Positions 19,457 through 28,879 of a DNA stretch of 64,000 nt are shown here, one piece after another. Under the pieces are notes generated by a model that saw nothing but the letters and a program-made list of their open reading frames with translations, did no database searches and had not been told where the DNA came from. The stretch is from positions 352,001-416,000 of the forward strand of contig CAVPOM010000004.1 of the NCBI GenBank assembly GCA_963707025.1, in the 5' to 3' direction. The position numbers and the translations under genes were made by a program. This stretch comes from an uncultured Verrucomicrobiae bacterium (GTDB taxonomy: Bacteria; Verrucomicrobiota; Verrucomicrobiia; Limisphaerales; Palsa-1400). Position 1 is the first letter of the stretch. Every line of letters begins with the position of its first letter.

Positions 19457-20647
19457 ATGCCAAACAAACCTCTCAACGTCGGCTTGGTCGGCGGCGGTCG
19501 CGGCGCCTTCATCGTTCACCCCCATCAGAAGGCCATTCATTTTGACGGCACCCGCCGGGTGGTGGCGGGCGCGCTCTTTCCCGATCCCAAAATCGCCCTG
19601 GAAGAAGCCGCCCACTGGCCCTACCCCATCAAGGGTTACGGCTCCTACGACGACATGATCGCCGCCAATGCCACTTTGCCGGAAGGCGAAAGGCTGGATT
19701 ACATCCTCATCGTCACCCCCAACTTCGTCCACTTCGACCCCGCCATGAAGGCCCTCAAAGCCGGCATCCCGGTCTTCTGCGAAAAACCCCTTTGCCTGAA
19801 CCTCAAGGAAGCCGGCACCCTGGTCAAGACCGCACGCAAACTGGGCGTTCCCTTCGGCGTGGCCCACACCTATTTGGGCCATTGGACCAGCCGCCTCAGC
19901 CGCTACATCGTCCGCGCCGGCCTCCTCGGCCAGGTCCGCTGGGTGGACTCCTTTTACCTCCAGGGCTGGCTGGCCACCAAGCTCGAAGCCAGCGGCCAGC
20001 AACAGGCCGTTTGGCGGGTGGACCCCAAACGCGCCGGCGGCTCCGGCTGCGGCGGCGACATCGGCACCCATGCCCTCATGCAACTGCGCTTCGTCACCGG
20101 CTTGGACGTCACCGCCGTCTCCGCCCAACTGGAAACCTTCGTCCAGGGCCGCCAACTGGACGACCATTTCACCATCTATTGCAAACTCAGCAACGGCGGC
20201 AGCGCCCTGGTCCGCGCCTCGCAAATTTGCATCGGCTCCAAGAATGACCTCGGCATCCTCATCGCCGGGACCAAAGGCACCCTCCACTGGCGCGCAGAAG
20301 AACCGGAGAGCCTCACCGTCTGCACGGCCGGCCAGCCCGACCGCACCTATTGGCGCGGCGCCGTCTCCCCCGGCGACGGCTTTCTGCCCAAGGACATGCC
20401 CGCCGATCTCATGGCCGAGCCGACCCTTCCCAGCGGCCATCCCGAAGCCTTCCACGACGCCTTCGCCCGTCTCCATCGTTGTTTCGAAGCCGACGTGCGC
20501 CATTGGCAGGCCGGCGGCAAATTCATCGGCGACGGCAGCAAATACGCCAACATTGAGGACGGCTGGATGGGCCTGGCCTTCATTGATTCCTGCGTCAAGA
20601 GCAGCGCCAAAAAAGGCGCCTGGACCTCCTTGCCCAAAAAGATTTGA
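19457..20647 (+). CDS. Gfo/Idh/MocA oxidoreductase
   Basis: GLVGGGRGAFI, CEKP, GDIGTHA, PSGHPEAF. Confidence 0.92.
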   Translation: MPNKPLNVGLVGGGRGAFIVHPHQKAIHFDGTRRVVAGALFPDPKIALEEAAHWPYPIKGYGSYDDMIAANATLPEGERLDYILIVTPNFVHFDPAMKALKAGIPVFCEKPLCLNLKEAGTLVKTARKLGVPFGVAHTYLGHWTSRLSRYIVRAGLLGQVRWVDSFYLQGWLATKLEASGQQQAVWRVDPKRAGGSGCGGDIGTHALMQLRFVTGLDVTAVSAQLETFVQGRQLDDHFTIYCKLSNGGSALVRASQICIGSKNDLGILIAGTKGTLHWRAEEPESLTVCTAGQPDRTYWRGAVSPGDGFLPKDMPADLMAEPTLPSGHPEAFHDAFARLHRCFEADVRHWQAGGKFIGDGSKYANIEDGWMGLAFIDSCVKSSAKKGAWTSLPKKI

Positions 20648-20667
20648 ATCATTCGCGCCCCGGCCGG

Positions 20668-21020
20668 TGTGTAGCGTTGCGCCTGTGGCGCAAGCCCCGA
20701 TTCTTCCCGCTTCCGGGGAGCGCACGCGCCCTCGCGTGCTGCGGGCCGCGCCTCGCGGCCCGCTTTACCCCCCCCCGTCCATTTAGGATTTCTGCTCGCA
20801 GGCAAACCCCGCCTCCCAGCGCCGTAGGCGCGCCATCTTTGTAGATCCCCGGAACTAAAAATCTCCAACCCCGTGGGGGCGGCATATTCCCAAACCGGTC
20901 TCCAATCTCCAAGCCGCAGCCCCAACGCGGCGAATGACAATAGCCCGGGTCAAAGCGAGTCCGCGACGGCCGCCCTGGGTCACGAATCCCGAACACAAGT
21001 CAAGCCCTGCGAGGGCGAAT
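20668..21020. repeat. Cluster of several different REP-like palindromes
   Basis: GGGAGCGCACGCGCCCTCGCGTG (also at about 13145), AGCGCCGTAGGCGCG...CCCCGTGGGGGCGGCAT, AGCCCTGCGAGGGCG. Confidence 0.7.
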
Positions 21021-21189
21021 GAGAACGTTAAACGGAGAAGCGGTCAGAATCAGCTTTGTCCCGTCCCGCCCAACGTCAGCCATGATTCAAATGCAAATCG
21101 GCCAAAGCCACAGTTTGACCCGTTCGACGCAATCAACGCGCAAATCTCGCCCCCTCCTGCGCGGTAAATGACCCTTTAATGAGAGGCTC

Positions 21190-22320
21190 CTACCAACGCG
21201 GGGTCACGGCAATCCCCGGCATCCGCCTTGCCGCCATCCAATTAACATCGCGCCGTGGTCCATTGGTTGTAATAAACGAATCAGTCCAATCCGGACCAAG
21301 CCGAAGGTACACATAGCTAGCCCCTCTGATTGGCTGTAAGGTGCTCTGATCCAGCCATTTGTGGATTTCCGCATGCCCATCGGCAAAGCTCATGCTACCC
21401 GATCCATCGTGGTAGGAGCCGGGCAGTGAATGCCATTGGCTACAGTCGGGATAACCGGCAATGGGGATAATGGGGACAGGGATAGGACAAAAAAACTGCC
21501 GGCTGTAAATGCTATCCGGATGTTCATCCCCCATGACAAAAGTCATGGCTGGCTGACGAAAGTCCGCCATCTTTTGAAAAGGGATGCCAGGAGGACAGGG
21601 CTGCCCCTCGAAAATGGGGTACATGGAGGCGTCAGCGGGATTCCCGGTAATCAACCAATTCATGGAGACACTTCTGAGACGCGGCGTCTGACCGGGTTCC
21701 TGGCTTTTGTCGGAAGGACAATGGAAAACGTAATAATTATTCACCAGGTAAGGCCCTAGCGCGCAATTGGTGAGCAGGGTGTAATTGGTGTTGTCGGAGT
21801 CCGGCAAATACCAGCATCCACCCCCGGTCGGACCTGGCGTGGGATACTCCTGCATTAACTCCCAGCCCGACACCCAGTTCCTGGGGTCATCGTCGGCACC
21901 CTCCTCCGGATCCCCCATCGAGTTCCACGACAGCCAGTCCTTGTTATCCTCGGCATACATGGTCCACGCATAAATCAACTGCTTCTCATTGTTGTTGCAG
22001 GCGGTGCCCTGGGCTCTGGCCTTGGCTCTTGACAGCGTCGGCAGCAACAACGCCGCCAGAATGGCGATGATCCCGATGACCACCAGCAATTCAATCAAAG
22101 TGAACCCCAGGCCAAACCCCCTCCGGCCACACCCAGCATGGCTTCCCGCCTGCCTCTGCCGCAACGGGCTTATCTGGACGAGACTGCCCCCATGCGATTC
22201 TGGCCATTCCCTCGCCCCACGAAGTGGGGAGAGGGCCAGGGAGAGGGGTTCCTTCAATCCAAAGGTGGCAGTGCCAGGATGCGCGCCGCGCCACTGCCTT
22301 GGCTTTTCTATTAATTTCAT
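21190..22320 (-). CDS. Prepilin-type N-methylation / H-X9-DG domain protein (start uncertain)
   Basis: [48 protein letters not shown]. Confidence 0.92.
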   Translation of the reverse strand: MKLIEKPRQWRGAHPGTATFGLKEPLSLALSPLRGAREWPESHGGSLVQISPLRQRQAGSHAGCGRRGFGLGFTLIELLVVIGIIAILAALLLPTLSRAKARAQGTACNNNEKQLIYAWTMYAEDNKDWLSWNSMGDPEEGADDDPRNWVSGWELMQEYPTPGPTGGGCWYLPDSDNTNYTLLTNCALGPYLVNNYYVFHCPSDKSQEPGQTPRLRSVSMNWLITGNPADASMYPIFEGQPCPPGIPFQKMADFRQPAMTFVMGDEHPDSIYSRQFFCPIPVPIIPIAGYPDCSQWHSLPGSYHDGSGSMSFADGHAEIHKWLDQSTLQPIRGASYVYLRLGPDWTDSFITTNGPRRDVNWMAARRMPGIAVTPRW

Positions 22321-22506
22321 ACGCAATCAAAACGCCAATCAGAAACGCGCACTCGTACCAGCTCGCTTCCATCTGCGCAACAAAGACGGGCCTCGTCATC
22401 CAACCTGGTCCTATATTCGTTCGGTACCGTCACTTACCTTACCATAATCCATCCCCAAAAGCAACGAAAAAAGACCGTTAAAAAATCGCGCTATTTGAAA
22501 AATCCA

Positions 22507-22534
22507 TTGACACTATGCTCATTTAGTTTATTCT
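22507..22534 (+). promoter_or_regulatory. Promoter for the 22604 gene
   Basis: TTGACA-16 bp-TATTCT; AAGGAGG Shine-Dalgarno upstream of ATG 22604. Confidence 0.55.
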
Positions 22535-22603
22535 GTGGACGGGCTGGCGATCCACTCGTCCGGCGGAAAACAACACGACAGGTTATGGTTTAAGGAGGAT
22601 GAT

Positions 22604-23641
22604 ATGAGGAATGGCAAAATTGCAAAACTGCTCTCCACCGTCCGGGATGAGCTCAATGTGCGCATGGACAACGGCGAAAACGGCGGAAAACTTCTGCGCT
22701 GGCTCAACGGACTTCCTGAAGTCAAGGCGACGCTCCAGGCCAGCTTTGGCGGCCAGCCCGTCAGCAAGCAAAATCTCTGCGAATGGCGCCAGGGCGGCTT
22801 CCGCGAATGGCAGCTTCATTACCAATGGATTCATCAGGCTTATGAACTCAACCGGCTCACCACCGACATGGAGCAAGTGCTGGATGCGCCCATGCTGGCC
22901 GGCGACATGGCCAAACTGCTGGCTGTCCGCTACGCCGCCCTCCTCAACACCTGGGATGGCGAGGCGGACCCGAAATTCGAGCGCGGCCTCCGCCTGCTGC
23001 GCGGCCTGGGCCAGGACATCGCCTTGCTGCAAAGGACCTTGCATCGCTCCAGCCTCCAGGAAATTGCCTCCGACCAGCATTTTGAGGACGACTGCAACAA
23101 GAGAAGGGAGAAAATAAGGGGGATGGCCATGGCCCCCATTTTGGCCAGGATGGAACAGAACAACCTGGAAAGGCTGTTTGGCAACTATGTGGACGAAGCG
23201 GCGGCCAGACGGCTCGCCGAATTTGTCACCGCCATCAAATTTAACCTGCCGCTGCCCAAAACGCCCCGACCGGAGCCGCCCGGTCAAACCTCCCGGTCAA
23301 ACCCAAAGGCCCCGGCCGCCACTGTAGCCGCGGTCTGCGACCGTCGCACTCGTCGAACCTCCCGGTCAACCCCGGCGCCCGCGCCGGTTGTAGCGGCGGT
23401 CTGTGACCGTCGCACTCCTCAAACCTCCCGGTCAAACCCGGCGCCGGCGCGGGTTGTAGCGGCGGTCTGTGACCGCCGCACTCGTCAAACCTCCCGGTCA
23501 AACCCGGCGCCATCGGCCCAGCCACTCAACCCCTCTCAGCCCCCGCCAGCGCCGCCCGGTCAAACTGCTTTGCCCCCGGCTGCCCGGCCGGCTGTGCCCG
23601 TCACGGCCGCCGAAGAGCCGCCCGGTCAAACCGGGTCAAAC
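22604..23641 (+). CDS. Hypothetical protein (putative HTH, possibly DUF3486-like N-terminus) with repeat-rich tail; 5' exon of an intron-interrupted gene
   Basis: RNGKIAKL...WLNGLPEV...QNLCEWRQGGFREW; strong SD; the 3' exon resumes at 25601. Confidence 0.75.
23323..23512 (+). repeat. Three 66-bp tandem units, each starting with the REP TGTAGCGGCGGTCTGTGACCGYCGC or a close variant, in frame within the CDS
   Basis: Units start at 23323, 23389 and 23455; encode VAAVCDRRT... Confidence 0.9.
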
Positions 23642-25600
23642 GTTGCGCCAGTGAAGTTGGTTGGAACGCGGGTGAAAGTCCCGCCCGTCGAATTAGGCTG
23701 TTCACGACGGAACACGACCTCAACAGCGCCGCCGCGAGGCGGGGTTGGAAGCTGAGGGAGATGAACAGACGGGCCGTAATGAAAATGAACCACATCCAAT
23801 GAGCCTCGATAAGTTTAGAACCGGAGACAAGCCGAGCCGCTGTTTGACCGGCGAAGGCCGCAGGGAGGAGGCAGGGCAACAGTCAGAGCCTTCTCAACGC
23901 TCCGGCGGGGTCGGCGTGGACGGCACGTCTGGAAGTTCAACCAAGGTAAGCTGGGAGAACTCCGGCGGCGGGCGGCCAGCCCAACCGCCCGCGCAAGCTG
24001 GCAAGACCAGTCAGGCGAGCGGCCCTGCCGGAGAAGTCGGAGTTCCTCATAGTAGCGTGGACTTGTTTGCGCTCCAGGCGGATTTCCGCCGGGAGTTGCG
24101 CGAGCGAACGCAAAGGGGGAACACTTGCTCAATGCGTGGAGGCGAAGCGAAGGATGCGGGGATGGCCGGGGCGACCCGGATAGCAACCCCGGAGAAAGTT
24201 CGGCAGCTTCAAATCGCGCTCTATCGGAAAGCCAAAGCAGAGCCGAAGTATCGGTTCTGGAGCCTGTATGGGGAATTGCTGCGCAAGGACGTGCTCGAAA
24301 CCGCCTTGGCAGCGCAACAGCGCAACGGCGGGGCCGCGGGAGTGGACGGACAGAGTATGGAGTCCATCACCGCCGACCCGGCCCTGCGCCAGCAATGGCT
24401 CGACCGCCTGCAAGCAGAACTCAAAGCCAAGACGTATCGGGCCAGCCCGGTGCGGCGGGTGATGATTCCCAAGAGCAGCGGAGGGGAACGGCCGTTGGGC
24501 ATCCCGACGGTCAAGGACCGGGTGGTGCAAACGGCGGTGTATCTGGTGCTGATGCCGATCTTGGAGGCGGACTTTCATCCGCGCTCCTACGGCTTTCGGC
24601 CCAAACGCCGGGCACACCAAGCCATTGCGGAAATCCAACAAGCAGTGCAGCAAGGCTACGTGGAAATCATCAACGCGGACCTGACGAAATATTTCGACAC
24701 GATTCCGCACCGGGAACTGATGAAGGCCGTGGCCCGGCGGGTCAGCGACGGCAGCGTGCTGCGGCTCCTCAAGAGCTGGCTGCGCGCCCCGGTCGCGGAG
24801 GAAGACCAGGACGGCACCAAGCGAGTGATCCCCAACCGGCGCGGCACGCCGCAAGGCGGGGTCATCTCGCCGCTGCTGGCCAACCTCTACCTCAACCCGC
24901 TGGATCACGGGGTGAACGAGAAAACCTCCGGCCAAGCCCGCATGGTGCGCTACGCCGATGACTTTGTCATCGCGTGCGCGGCGGGGTGCGGCGGAGGGCT
25001 GATAGCGCGGCTCAAGAAATGGCTTCGAGCCAAAGGGCTGACCCTCAACGAAGTCAAAACCCGAATTGTGAACATTCGCAAGGAAGGGATCAACTTCCTG
25101 GGCTTCAACCTGACCTGGCGCAAGTCCTTTGGAGGGCGCGGCTACCTGCACGTTCAACCCAGCCAGAAAAGCCGGGGGGCCCTGCGCGAGAAACTGGGCG
25201 GCATCCTCAACCACTGGACGCAGGGGCGTCCGATACAGGAGGTGGTCAAAGAGGTCAACCAAGTCTTGCGCGGATGGGCGGGCTACTTCCACTACGGCAA
25301 CAGCGTCTCGGTGATGAACCGGATGAAACACTACAGCCAAAACCGCTTTCGGCGCTGGCTGTGGCGCAAACACGGTTGCCGCCGCAGCCTGTGGGAACAC
25401 TACGTTCCCGAGCAGTTGCACCAGCGTTATGGACTCTATGAACTGCCGACCACGGCGAAGTGGAAGGCGGCCCGATGAATGAGTTCGGAGAGCCGAATAT
25501 GGGAAATCCGTCCGTTCGGTTCGATGAGGGGCGAAGTGGCAGCGCGAGACTGACAACTGCGGTCAGTTCAATCCGCCTCCTTCCACTTCGCCTACTCTAC
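23642..25600 (+). mobile_element. Group II intron (apparently full length)
   Basis: 5' (G)TTGCG; domain V GAGCCG...GAAA...CGGTTC at 25490-25522; domain VI with bulged A ending CTAC at 25600; internal RT ORF. Confidence 0.92.
24162..25478 (+). CDS. ltrA: Group II intron reverse transcriptase/maturase, no endonuclease domain
   Basis: RPLGIPTVKDR, SYGFRP, ADLTKYFD, GTPQGGVISPLLANLYL, RYADD, FLGF, LRGWAGYF; ends without an HNH domain. Confidence 0.95.
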   Translation: MAGATRIATPEKVRQLQIALYRKAKAEPKYRFWSLYGELLRKDVLETALAAQQRNGGAAGVDGQSMESITADPALRQQWLDRLQAELKAKTYRASPVRRVMIPKSSGGERPLGIPTVKDRVVQTAVYLVLMPILEADFHPRSYGFRPKRRAHQAIAEIQQAVQQGYVEIINADLTKYFDTIPHRELMKAVARRVSDGSVLRLLKSWLRAPVAEEDQDGTKRVIPNRRGTPQGGVISPLLANLYLNPLDHGVNEKTSGQARMVRYADDFVIACAAGCGGGLIARLKKWLRAKGLTLNEVKTRIVNIRKEGINFLGFNLTWRKSFGGRGYLHVQPSQKSRGALREKLGGILNHWTQGRPIQEVVKEVNQVLRGWAGYFHYGNSVSVMNRMKHYSQNRFRRWLWRKHGCRRSLWEHYVPEQLHQRYGLYELPTTAKWKAAR

Positions 25601-25659
25601 CAGAAAAGCCGGTTTGACTTGGGCACGACCCCGCCCCTCCACCCGTGAGCGTTGTCCCA

Positions 25660-25693
25660 TTCCTAATCTTAATCCTAATCTTAATCCTAATCT
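25660..25693. repeat. YTAATC hexamer tract
   Basis: cctaatcttaatcctaatcttaatcctaatc. Confidence 0.85.
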
Positions 25694-25772
25694 CCTCCTG
25701 TCGGTTTGAACACGCTCGTTCGGCCCGGAACCGCTCGACTTGCTTTCGACCCCTTCCTAACATCCGCACGCA

Positions 25773-28700
25773 ATGACCACGAACCAAAACGCTGTGCCAA
25801 TCCAATACCTCCTCTCCTTGCCCCCGGCCATGGCCGCCGCCTTCGAGGAGTTGGAAGGCCGCCGCCGGCCGGAATGGTTTGCCGCCTCGGATCCTCCCGG
25901 CCAGTCCCTTGGCTCCGGCGGCGGCACGGCCAACCTCCTGGCCCAAGCCTGGCGCCACAACGCTCCCGGCCAATCCTTTGAGGATTGGCTGATCTCCAGC
26001 CGCAAGCTCATCCTTCATGCGGGCGGTCAAAGCCGCCGCTTGCCCGCTTATGCCCTGGTTGGAAAATTGCTCATGCCCATGCCCGTCCTGCGCTGGGCGC
26101 GCGGCCAGCGCCTGGACCAAAACCTGCTCGACGTGCAATTGCCCGATTACGAGCGCGTCCTGGCACAGGCCCCGGCCGGCGTCGCCGCCATGATCACCAG
26201 CGGGGACGTGCTCCTTCGTTTCGGGCCTGATCTGCCTCCTTTGCCCGAAGTGGACATGCTCGGCCTGGGCCTGTGGCTCGCACCGGAACGGGCCAGCGAC
26301 TTCGGCGTTTTCTGCGCGCCCCGCGGCCATCCCTCCCAACTGGCCTTCTTCCTGCAAAAGCCGCCCGCGGACAAAATCCGCCAACTGGCGGAGAATTACC
26401 TGTGCCTGGTGGACACCGGGGTATGGCTTTTGAGCGCGCGCGCCGTCGGCGTCCTGATGGAACGTTGCGGCTGGGTCGCCTCGCAATCCCAATTCCGCGG
26501 CGGCGCGCCCGCCCCCTACGAACTCTACGCCCACTTCGGCCTGGCCCTGGGCCAATCCCCGTCCGTGCGGGACGCGGCCATTAACGCCTTGACCTGCGCG
26601 GTGGTGCCGCTGCCCGAGGCCCAATTTTATCATTTCGGGACCAGCGCCCAAATGATTGAATCCATTTCCACCTTGCAAAACCTGGTGTTGGATGCGACCA
26701 AGATCGGCCTGGCCAGCGGCCGGCGGCAGCCGGATCAAATCACCCAAAACTCCCTCGTCAGCGCCCCTGTCCAGCGCCAGCACAATCACACCTTGTGGAT
26801 TGAGAACAGCGTCGTCCCCGCCTCCTGGCAACTGGCCTCCAACCACGTTCTGACCGGCGTGCCGGATAACCGCTGGCCCTTGCGCCTGGAACCGGGCGTC
26901 TGCCTGGATTTTATCCCGGTGGGCCAGGGCGAGTTCTGCCTGCGCCCCTACGGTTTCAACGACTCATTTTCCGGCAAAGCGATGGACCCTTCCACCTTCT
27001 GGCTGGGGCGTCCGTTGCTGGAGTGGTTCACCGCCCGCGGTTTCCATCCCAAAGACGCCGTGCCGCGTCCGTCCCGGGTGGTAGGGACGCCGCGCCGCGG
27101 CGTCCGGTCGGCCCAGCGCGCCGACCCTGTCAATTCATTGGCACCCGTCGCTGACGGATTGCAAGAGGCCAGCCTTGATGGGACGGCGGACATTCAGAAC
27201 TGCCCGCTTTTTCCCGTCGGCCAACTGGCGGACCTTGATCCCGCTTATTTGACCTGGCTGTTTGCGGCCAAACCGGAAAGCCGCCCCGATTTTGTCCAGC
27301 GCTGGCTCCAAGCCACACGCCTGTCCGCCCAGGAAATCGGCGCGCGCGTCAATTTGCCCCGCCTCTATGCCCGCCGGGCCGAATTGCGCGCCGCCTGCCT
27401 TCTGCCCCTGATGAAGAATTATCGCTGGAGCGTTTTCTTCCAACTGGACTTGGAAGCCACCGCCCGCGCCTTCGCCGCCACCAACGAAACCCTGCCCGAT
27501 TTGCCCTTCGATCCCCAGGACGATCCCATGCAGCCTCTGCACGACCAGATGTTCCGTTCCGCCGTCCTGCGCCTCCGCGCCGATCCGGCTTGGGAAACAT
27601 TCGAGGCCGGCGCCTTCGCCCGCCTGCGCGAAATGATCGCCAGCGAAGCCCAGCTTTCCCCGGCCTCCCCCTGCCGCAGCGTGCAGGAGGACCAGATCGT
27701 TTGGGCGCGCAGCCCGGTGCGCCTGGATCTGGCCGGCGGTTGGACGGACACTCCGCCCTATTGCATCGAATATGGCGGCAATGTTCTCAATGTGGCGGTG
27801 GACATCAACGGCCAGCCCCCCATCCAGGTCTTTGCCAAACTTTCCGACCGGCCCGAATTGGTCGTGCGCTCCATTGATCTGGGGGTGGAGGAGCGCATCA
27901 AAACCTACGCCGATTTGGAAACCTTCGCCCAGCCGGGCAATCCCTTTGCCCTGGCCAAGGCCGCCTTTGCCCTGGCAGGATTTTTGCCCCGCTTCCATGC
28001 CGGCGGCGGATTCGCCTCCCTGGCCGCGCAGTTGGGCGATTTTGGCGGCGGCATTGAGATTTCCCTGATCGCCGCCGCGCCCAAGGGTTCGGGCCTGGGC
28101 GTCAGCAGCATTTTGGCCGCCTCCGTCCTGGCCGCCCTGGGCGATTTGTGCGGCTTGGGCTGGGATGCCAACGTCCTGTTTGCCCGCACCCTGGCCCTGG
28201 AGCAAATGCTCACCACCGGCGGCGGCTGGCAGGACCAGGCCGGCGGCATCTTTGGCGGCATCAAGCTCATCGAGACCGCCTCAGGCTTGGCGCAAAAGCC
28301 GACCCTGCGCTGGCTGCCCGATCAGTTGTTCGGCCCCAATTATGTCAACCGCTCCATTCTTCTTTACTACACCGGCCTGACCCGGCTGGCCAAAAACATC
28401 CTGGCCGAAATCGTGCGCGGCCTGTTCCTCAACTCCCCCGCCCGCCTGCGCGCCATCGCCCAAATCGGGGCCAACGCCTCCCTGGCCGCCGCCGCCATCC
28501 AGAAATGCGATTACCAGATGCTCGCCGCCGCCGTCCGGGCCAGTTGGCAGTTGAACCAGCGGCTGGACTCGGGGACCAACCCGCCCGGCGTGCAAGCTAT
28601 ACTTGACTCAATCGGCGGCCAGCTCGCCGCCGCCAAGCTCCTCGGCGCCGGCGGGGGCGGCTACCTCCTCCTCTTCGCCCGCGGCGAAGCCGCCGCCGCC

Positions 28701-28799
28701 CGGATAAAACAAGTCTTGACAGAGCGCCCTCCCAACCCCCGCGCCCGCTTCGTGGATTTTTCCCTCTCCCAAACCGGCCTGCAAGTCACCCGCAGTTGA
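25773..28799 (+). CDS. fkp: Bifunctional L-fucokinase / fucose-1-phosphate guanylyltransferase
   Basis: LGSGGGTANL, HAGGQSRRLPAY, SPVRLDLAGGWTDTPP, PKGSGLGVSS, GGGWQDQ, GAGGGG. Confidence 0.95.
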   Translation: MTTNQNAVPIQYLLSLPPAMAAAFEELEGRRRPEWFAASDPPGQSLGSGGGTANLLAQAWRHNAPGQSFEDWLISSRKLILHAGGQSRRLPAYALVGKLLMPMPVLRWARGQRLDQNLLDVQLPDYERVLAQAPAGVAAMITSGDVLLRFGPDLPPLPEVDMLGLGLWLAPERASDFGVFCAPRGHPSQLAFFLQKPPADKIRQLAENYLCLVDTGVWLLSARAVGVLMERCGWVASQSQFRGGAPAPYELYAHFGLALGQSPSVRDAAINALTCAVVPLPEAQFYHFGTSAQMIESISTLQNLVLDATKIGLASGRRQPDQITQNSLVSAPVQRQHNHTLWIENSVVPASWQLASNHVLTGVPDNRWPLRLEPGVCLDFIPVGQGEFCLRPYGFNDSFSGKAMDPSTFWLGRPLLEWFTARGFHPKDAVPRPSRVVGTPRRGVRSAQRADPVNSLAPVADGLQEASLDGTADIQNCPLFPVGQLADLDPAYLTWLFAAKPESRPDFVQRWLQATRLSAQEIGARVNLPRLYARRAELRAACLLPLMKNYRWSVFFQLDLEATARAFAATNETLPDLPFDPQDDPMQPLHDQMFRSAVLRLRADPAWETFEAGAFARLREMIASEAQLSPASPCRSVQEDQIVWARSPVRLDLAGGWTDTPPYCIEYGGNVLNVAVDINGQPPIQVFAKLSDRPELVVRSIDLGVEERIKTYADLETFAQPGNPFALAKAAFALAGFLPRFHAGGGFASLAAQLGDFGGGIEISLIAAAPKGSGLGVSSILAASVLAALGDLCGLGWDANVLFARTLALEQMLTTGGGWQDQAGGIFGGIKLIETASGLAQKPTLRWLPDQLFGPNYVNRSILLYYTGLTRLAKNILAEIVRGLFLNSPARLRAIAQIGANASLAAAAIQKCDYQMLAAAVRASWQLNQRLDSGTNPPGVQAILDSIGGQLAAAKLLGAGGGGYLLLFARGEAAAARIKQVLTERPPNPRARFVDFSLSQTGLQVTRS

Positions 28800-28815
28800 T
28801 CGGCAGTTCCACCAT

Positions 28816-28846
28816 TCTTAATCCTAATCTTAATCTTAATCTAAAT
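28816..28846. repeat. YTAATC hexamer tract
   Basis: cttaatcctaatcttaatcttaatc. Confidence 0.85.
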
Positions 28847-28879
28847 CCCAAGCCTCATGAACTCCGTTTTGTCATTTAT

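Noticed and set aside
23323..23512. Possible CRISPR array (66-bp period)
   Set aside because: The whole unit is conserved and in frame within a CDS; there are no unique spacers
23745..24161. N-terminal extension of the RT ORF in the track
   Set aside because: It overlaps structured intron RNA domains; protein-like sequence starts near ATG 24162
24162..25478. RT as a retron, DGR or defence RT
   Set aside because: It has a maturase domain plus flanking domain V/VI RNA; no TR/VR pair or msr-msd was seen
23642..25600. Assignment to class IIC
   Set aside because: Domain V is full length with an AGC triad; the class is left unassigned
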